In this document: piece after piece, positions 4,851-6,001 of the stretch
Position numbering within the stretch: position 1 is the stretch's first letter
Layout: each line of letters begins with the position of its first letter
IMG/VR virus record: IMGVR_UViG_3300020030_000117
Coordinates: 1-6,001 of that record
DNA from: a virus
Length of the DNA stretch: 6,001 bases
Reading direction: 5' to 3' (one strand)
Notes under the pieces: generated by a model
The model's input: only the letters and a program-made list of their open reading frames with translations
Told to the model about the DNA's origin: nothing
The model's database searches: none
Position numbers and translations under genes: made by a program

Positions 4851-6001
4851 TCAATATTTTAATGGGATACCCTCATATCGACCAACTTTTACGCCTTTTT
4901 GAACACCATCGGGGCCGTAATACTCCTCGTAGGAAGTCCGAACAGAACCTTTGGACCCGAGACGTATCGCGGCAGCAGCAGCAACGCCACCGGCCACGCG
5001 TTCGGTAACAGACATAAGCATGGGGTGCTTACGCTGCCAGTTCATGAAGCCCTCGGCAACACGACCTTGTTTGCCGACAGTGTAATCAAGACCTAAAAGA
5101 TACTCAGCGATTTGACGACCGGTCATCTTCTTTTTACCGCGGACTTTCCCATCTTCATCGACATCATCTACCTCGATTTCCGTAGACCAGTTGACATCAA
5201 ACCAGTTTTCGAAATCATCCGCCTGTAAAGTAGTTAGACGAGAATTGGCGCGCAAATTGCCAGTCATAGCCTGAATATACGCGATGTTAGCGGCCGCAGC
5301 TTTGGACATAAGAGGAATTTCGGCATCATTCTGAGCGCGAAGACGACGATTCTCTTCTACGACCTTAGCACATTCTCCAACGGATTTCAGCCAGTCATTA
5401 GTGGCAATTAGATCAGCATACTGATTACGAGCGTCCTGCCAAGTCTGAAGAGCGGAGACATACGCGGACTGAGCTTCTTTCTCACGGATACCAGCTGCGG
5501 TAAGTTGATTGCCAAGATCAAAAGCGGCCAAAAACCGATCTTTGCCAAAATTCTGAGCATTAGTCATATCGGCCTCAGCCTGATCACGAGCGGCAGCAGC
5601 GGAGTTACGACGAGACTCAGAAGCTGTGAGCATATTCTGACCGAGAGCGGTCATATCGAGAGGACCAGCACCGGGAGTACCAATACCACCGGAGGGTCCG
5701 GAGGCACCGACAGAGCCGGGAGAACCGCCGGACATAGTAGCGTTGACTCCTACTCCTGAAGATCCAAGAACAGCAGCAGGAGAAATACCCGCAGTGCGGT
5801 ATCGATCGAAAACCTTCGATGGATCGTTGTACGAATTCTCATAATCGAACTGTTTTTGCCAATTACCATATTCATATTCAGCCTGCTTAGCCATCTGTTC
5901 AAGAGCGTACTGCTGCTGAAGGGCCATAGCCTTTTTTTGATACTTCCACTGACGACGGGCATTCATGCCGGCAAAAAGCTGACCGATAGTGCCGGAAATG
6001 A
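4851..6001 (-). CDS. VP2: Minor capsid / DNA pilot protein VP2 (phiX174 H-like role). The 5' end is cut by the window edge; the true start corresponds to position 197 of the left copy.
   Basis: The reading frame stays open to the window edge upstream of the track's ATG at 5966, which is really Met38. Joined length is 408 aa. Features typical of microvirus VP2: Gly-rich N-terminus, NDPSKVFDRYRTAGISPAAVLG block (compare the AAGLNP-type motif), a Gly/Ser/Pro-rich linker, then a long Ala/Gln/Asn-rich helical region. TGA at 4853..4851. Confidence 0.85.
   Translation of the reverse strand, partial: ISGTIGQLFAGMNARRQWKYQKKAMALQQQYALEQMAKQAEYEYGNWQKQFDYENSYNDPSKVFDRYRTAGISPAAVLGSSGVGVNATMSGGSPGSVGASGPSGGIGTPGAGPLDMTALGQNMLTASESRRNSAAAARDQAEADMTNAQNFGKDRFLAAFDLGNQLTAAGIREKEAQSAYVSALQTWQDARNQYADLIATNDWLKSVGECAKVVEENRRLRAQNDAEIPLMSKAAAANIAYIQAMTGNLRANSRLTTLQADDFENWFDVNWSTEIEVDDVDEDGKVRGKKKMTGRQIAEYLLGLDYTVGKQGRVAEGFMNWQRKHPMLMSVTERVAGGVAAAAAIRLGSKGSVRTSYEEYYGPDGVQKGVKVGRYEGIPLKY
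5881..6001. repeat. Right copy of the direct terminal repeat, identical to 1..121.
   Basis: See the left copy. Identity continues to the last base of the window. Confidence 0.97.

Noticed and set aside
4169-4854. Longer TTG-initiated versions of the three small ORFs (starts at 4854, 4552 and 4169 in the track).
   Set aside because: The 4552 extension overlaps the preceding ORF by about 50 nt, while ATG 4498 gives a clean 2-nt junction. ATG starts exist shortly downstream in all three. TTG 4854 overlapping the VP2 stop cannot be fully excluded, so it is noted in the feature evidence.
4849-4854. Perfect sigma-70 -35 hexamer TTGACA (minus strand) at the VP2 stop.
   Set aside because: There is no acceptable -10 at 16-19 nt spacing. 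The nearest TATATT is 30 nt away.
2837-5759. Other plus-strand ORFs: 2837..3064, 3148..3555, 3568..3969, 3993..4232, 4899..5096, 5505..5759.
   Set aside because: All are antisense to supported minus-strand genes and none has recognisable domains. Same reasoning as above.
1-6001. Stop-codon reassignment (TGA or TAG recoding, as seen in some small phages and Mollicutes hosts).
   Set aside because: VP1, VP2 and VP4 are full length and open under the standard code, so no in-frame stop needs reinterpretation.
1-6001. Search for tRNA, rRNA, CRISPR repeats, IS elements or integrase.
   Set aside because: I saw no regularly spaced repeats, cloverleaf-like segments or recombinase/transposase motifs. 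Coding capacity is fully accounted for by the eight minus-strand ORFs.

Overview
The window holds one complete 5,880-nt unit of a small circular ssDNA phage genome of the family Microviridae, plus a terminal redundancy: positions 1..121 are identical to 5881..6001. It is not phiX-like; the architecture resembles gokusho/alpa-type microviruses. All convincing genes are on the minus strand and tightly packed. Reading along the minus strand: VP2 pilot/minor capsid (crosses the junction, 408 aa once the ends are joined), three small ORFs of unknown function (92, 98, 69 aa), VP4 rolling-circle replication initiator (354 aa), a 95-nt GC-rich structured spacer, VP1 major capsid (613 aa), an acidic 103-aa ORF, a 231-nt non-coding region with nested inverted repeats, and a 65-aa membrane/lipoprotein-like ORF abutting VP2. 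I see no rRNA, tRNA, CRISPR array, transposase or integrase. The points most worth follow-up are: (a) the small membrane protein as a lysis or exclusion candidate in a phage group with no assigned lysis gene; (b) a three-tier hairpin in the VP4-VP1 spacer capped by GCGAAGC on the presumed packaged strand; (c) a 9-nt match to the phiX174 origin nick core in the VP1/ORF103 spacer; (d) no Shine-Dalgarno motif at any of the eight starts, which suggests a Bacteroidota-type host; (e) an unrecognisable three-ORF module between VP2 and VP4. Family assignments rest on my recognition of translated motifs. No database search was possible.
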